From contig JAZRMK010000048.1 of assembly GCA_045647525.1 (NCBI GenBank), forward strand, positions 7,928 through 71,927: a DNA stretch of 64,000 nt. The letters are read 5' to 3'. Below, piece after piece: positions 62,105-64,000 of the stretch. The notes below the pieces were generated by a model. It saw only the letters and a list, made by a program, of their open reading frames with translations, was not told the DNA's origin and searched no databases. This DNA is from Acutalibacteraceae bacterium. GTDB lineage: Bacteria; Bacillota; Clostridia; Oscillospirales; Acutalibacteraceae. The number at the start of each line of letters is the position of its first letter. Position 1 is the first letter of the stretch. A program made the position numbers and the translations under genes.

Positions 62105-62133
62105 ATTATACATTATATTATCCAAAATTGCAA
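62105..62133 (-). promoter_or_regulatory. Promoter of tRNA-fMet
   Basis: Minus strand reads TTGCAA, 17 nt, TATAAT. Confidence 0.6.
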
Positions 62134-62260
62134 GCATTATTTTTTAAAATCATAAATTTTTCTCTCGACGATTTTCGACTTGGGCTAAATTTCTTTTTAT
62201 ATTATGGTCCCAAAGACATATAAATAAACCGCCCTTTATAAAGGGCTGTTTTTGTTACTT

Positions 62261-63967
62261 TTAAGAAATCTTTATTCCGTAAATACCGGTAACTCGGGTA
62301 CCTATTACAAGTCTATCTCCAAAAACAACAGGTGAAGCTTCGCAGTTTGAGCCGATGTTTACTTTGCTGAGTTCAGCTCCTGTTTTGGAATCGTGCAAAC
62401 GAACATTACCTGCCGAGTCACACGAAACGACATAAGCTGTGCCGTCGGCATTGTAAACTGCTACCGGTGAACTCCAAGTGTACGAATTCATTGCGTATTC
62501 CCAAACTATTTTACCTGTTTCAGTGTCAAACGCAACCAGCTTGCCGTCATACAAGTTCGGACAACGGGCTATCGGATAGATTATAAGCCCTTCAAGCTGG
62601 GTTCCTTCGCGGCCGAGCAACGGAGAACCCTGACAGCCGCCCGAAACATCGGGAATAGAATTTACGGTGTAGGGTGCCTTCCACACAACTTCACCCGTTC
62701 TGGCGTTAAGCTTGTAGATATAGATCTCACCCGAGCCCCGTCCTTCGCCACCGCTTGCGGTTTTGCGGAGTGACGGTGCAGTGTAAATGTATCCGTTGCC
62801 GTCCTTGCCCCATTCAAAAACGGGTGTGGAGTTTGAATCATCCAGTGTATCCTGCGCCCAGACGACTTCCATAGTATCAAGGTCCATACAGAAGAACATA
62901 CCGCCGTTTTCCGAAATGTAAAGATATCGGTCAACGATTACACAACTCGCCTCAAAACCTACTCGGTAGCCCATTTCGGTACCCTTTGTTCTATAACGGA
63001 TCTTGCCGGCTTCTTCGGGGTCCATAGTAATTGTGCCCGCGTTTTTATCATAAACCGTATTGAGCTTAATGGTATAAAGAATGCCGTTTTCGCCGGGCCA
63101 GATAAGAGTATCGGTCTCGGCATCGACTATGGGCGACGAGTCAAACGCACACCAACTACGCCAAGCGTATGAGTCAGAACCGACACGCTCGTAGAGTATC
63201 TTGCCGTCGATAAGGCTTATCGCAAATATTCTTTGTGTTCTGCTGCCTGCGGCAATACCTGCTCCGACATAAAGAACAGGATAACCTCTGGGGTCGATAG
63301 CGCCTGCGCCCTTAAAGTTCATACCTATATAAAGAGGATCACGGGTGTATGCACCGGTATCAAGGTCATAGAAATAGATATTTCCGTCCAGTGTTGCATA
63401 GATGACCTCTACAAGATCCTTCTTGTTCTTGGCGCTGTCATACATATTGGTCATAATATTCTTACTTGCCTGGTCCCACTGAGCCAAAAGCGGTTGTCCT
63501 GTCCAACCGCTGCCGCCCCAACCATTGTACCAGCCAACATCCTTCTGCCAGACCTGTGTCAAGGTCTTGTTGACAACATTTCCTGTGCCGTAGGTGGCAT
63601 CATTACGGTAGTTATTACCTCTGAATGTAGAAATGCCGGGCAAAGCAAAATATTCATCAGGATAGCCGAAAGTGATCGACTCGTCGCGTTTAAAGGAATC
63701 AACTACTTCTCCTTTGCTTATTACCTGCCACTTTGTAAAATATTTATCAGGGTCGGTAGAATCGACACAAGTTGCATCCATATGGTATGTTGGTCTGGGC
63801 GTTGGTGTGGGCGTCCCACCCGAAACCGTGCCCGAATTCAAACCCGACGAAGCAGTGCTCTCGGTTCCGCTATTTTTGCAGGAAGCCAAAAACAGCATAC
63901 ACAATACCAAACCTAATGCCAAGGTGTTGCGAAAAACAGTCCTTACTTTAAGTTTAACATTCTTCAT
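62261..63967 (-). CDS. PQQ-like beta-propeller repeat lipoprotein
   Basis: Lipobox LASC plus a Thr/Pro linker. Repeated ..G.v.W.. / D..tG blades (e.g. TGKIVWEY, TGEVVWKA, TMEVVWAQ) are typical of PQQ-like/BamB-like propellers. Confidence 0.7.
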   Translation of the reverse strand: MKNVKLKVRTVFRNTLALGLVLCMLFLASCKNSGTESTASSGLNSGTVSGGTPTPTPRPTYHMDATCVDSTDPDKYFTKWQVISKGEVVDSFKRDESITFGYPDEYFALPGISTFRGNNYRNDATYGTGNVVNKTLTQVWQKDVGWYNGWGGSGWTGQPLLAQWDQASKNIMTNMYDSAKNKKDLVEVIYATLDGNIYFYDLDTGAYTRDPLYIGMNFKGAGAIDPRGYPVLYVGAGIAAGSRTQRIFAISLIDGKILYERVGSDSYAWRSWCAFDSSPIVDAETDTLIWPGENGILYTIKLNTVYDKNAGTITMDPEEAGKIRYRTKGTEMGYRVGFEASCVIVDRYLYISENGGMFFCMDLDTMEVVWAQDTLDDSNSTPVFEWGKDGNGYIYTAPSLRKTASGGEGRGSGEIYIYKLNARTGEVVWKAPYTVNSIPDVSGGCQGSPLLGREGTQLEGLIIYPIARCPNLYDGKLVAFDTETGKIVWEYAMNSYTWSSPVAVYNADGTAYVVSCDSAGNVRLHDSKTGAELSKVNIGSNCEASPVVFGDRLVIGTRVTGIYGIKIS

Positions 63968-64000
63968 AAATAAACCTCCGTTTACTTAAAACTTCCGAAT

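Overview
The window looks like chromosomal DNA from a spore-forming Firmicute (class Clostridia). That call rests on spoIIE, yqfC/yqfD, ylbJ and the phoH-ybeY-era-yqzL-recO synteny. Most of it is housekeeping. There is an amino-acid ABC binding protein (partial), an M23 peptidase and a MacB/FtsX-type ABC fusion operon. A full histidine operon follows (yerC-like regulator, then hisZGDCBHAF and hisI). Further genes are metY, rpe, a phosphohexomutase, a YfhO-family membrane protein, mutS2, rsmE and a PQQ-like beta-propeller lipoprotein. Four tRNAs are present: Val-GAC, His-GUG, Gln-UUG and initiator Met. I saw no rRNA, CRISPR array, transposase or integrase.

The most unusual region is an AT-rich, one-directional accessory island of about 7.3 kb (about 42.47-49.8 kb) directly downstream of tRNA-His/tRNA-Gln.
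- Its left edge is marked by an 87-bp direct duplication of the tRNA-Gln 3' end around a 111-bp GC-rich insert.
- It contains a degraded PcfJ-like gene and a hydrolase fragment.
- A promoter-associated motif recurs four times, and a promoter-leader-start module is duplicated.
- It also carries a candidate novel gene pair: a cytoplasmic wHTH-WYL-WYL-WCX-LRR fusion protein and a stand-alone PolC-core homologue whose catalytic residues are replaced but whose Zn-finger is retained.

Other observations worth a second look:
- an orphan CpsB phosphatase plus two tandem fused Wzz/BY-kinase genes with no glycosyltransferases, one carrying an extreme (YG)n tail;
- a zinc-ribbon/PASTA predicted pseudokinase;
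- an in-frame TAA splitting hisIE;
- a cpsB-like gene with no canonical start codon;
- a second GC-rich element with T-loop-like inverted ends beside tRNA-fMet;
- a possible leaderless 28-aa cationic peptide gene next to a small XRE regulator;
- two intergenic candidate small-RNA loci.

All functional calls come from reading motifs in the translations and from remembered family signatures. No database searches were run.
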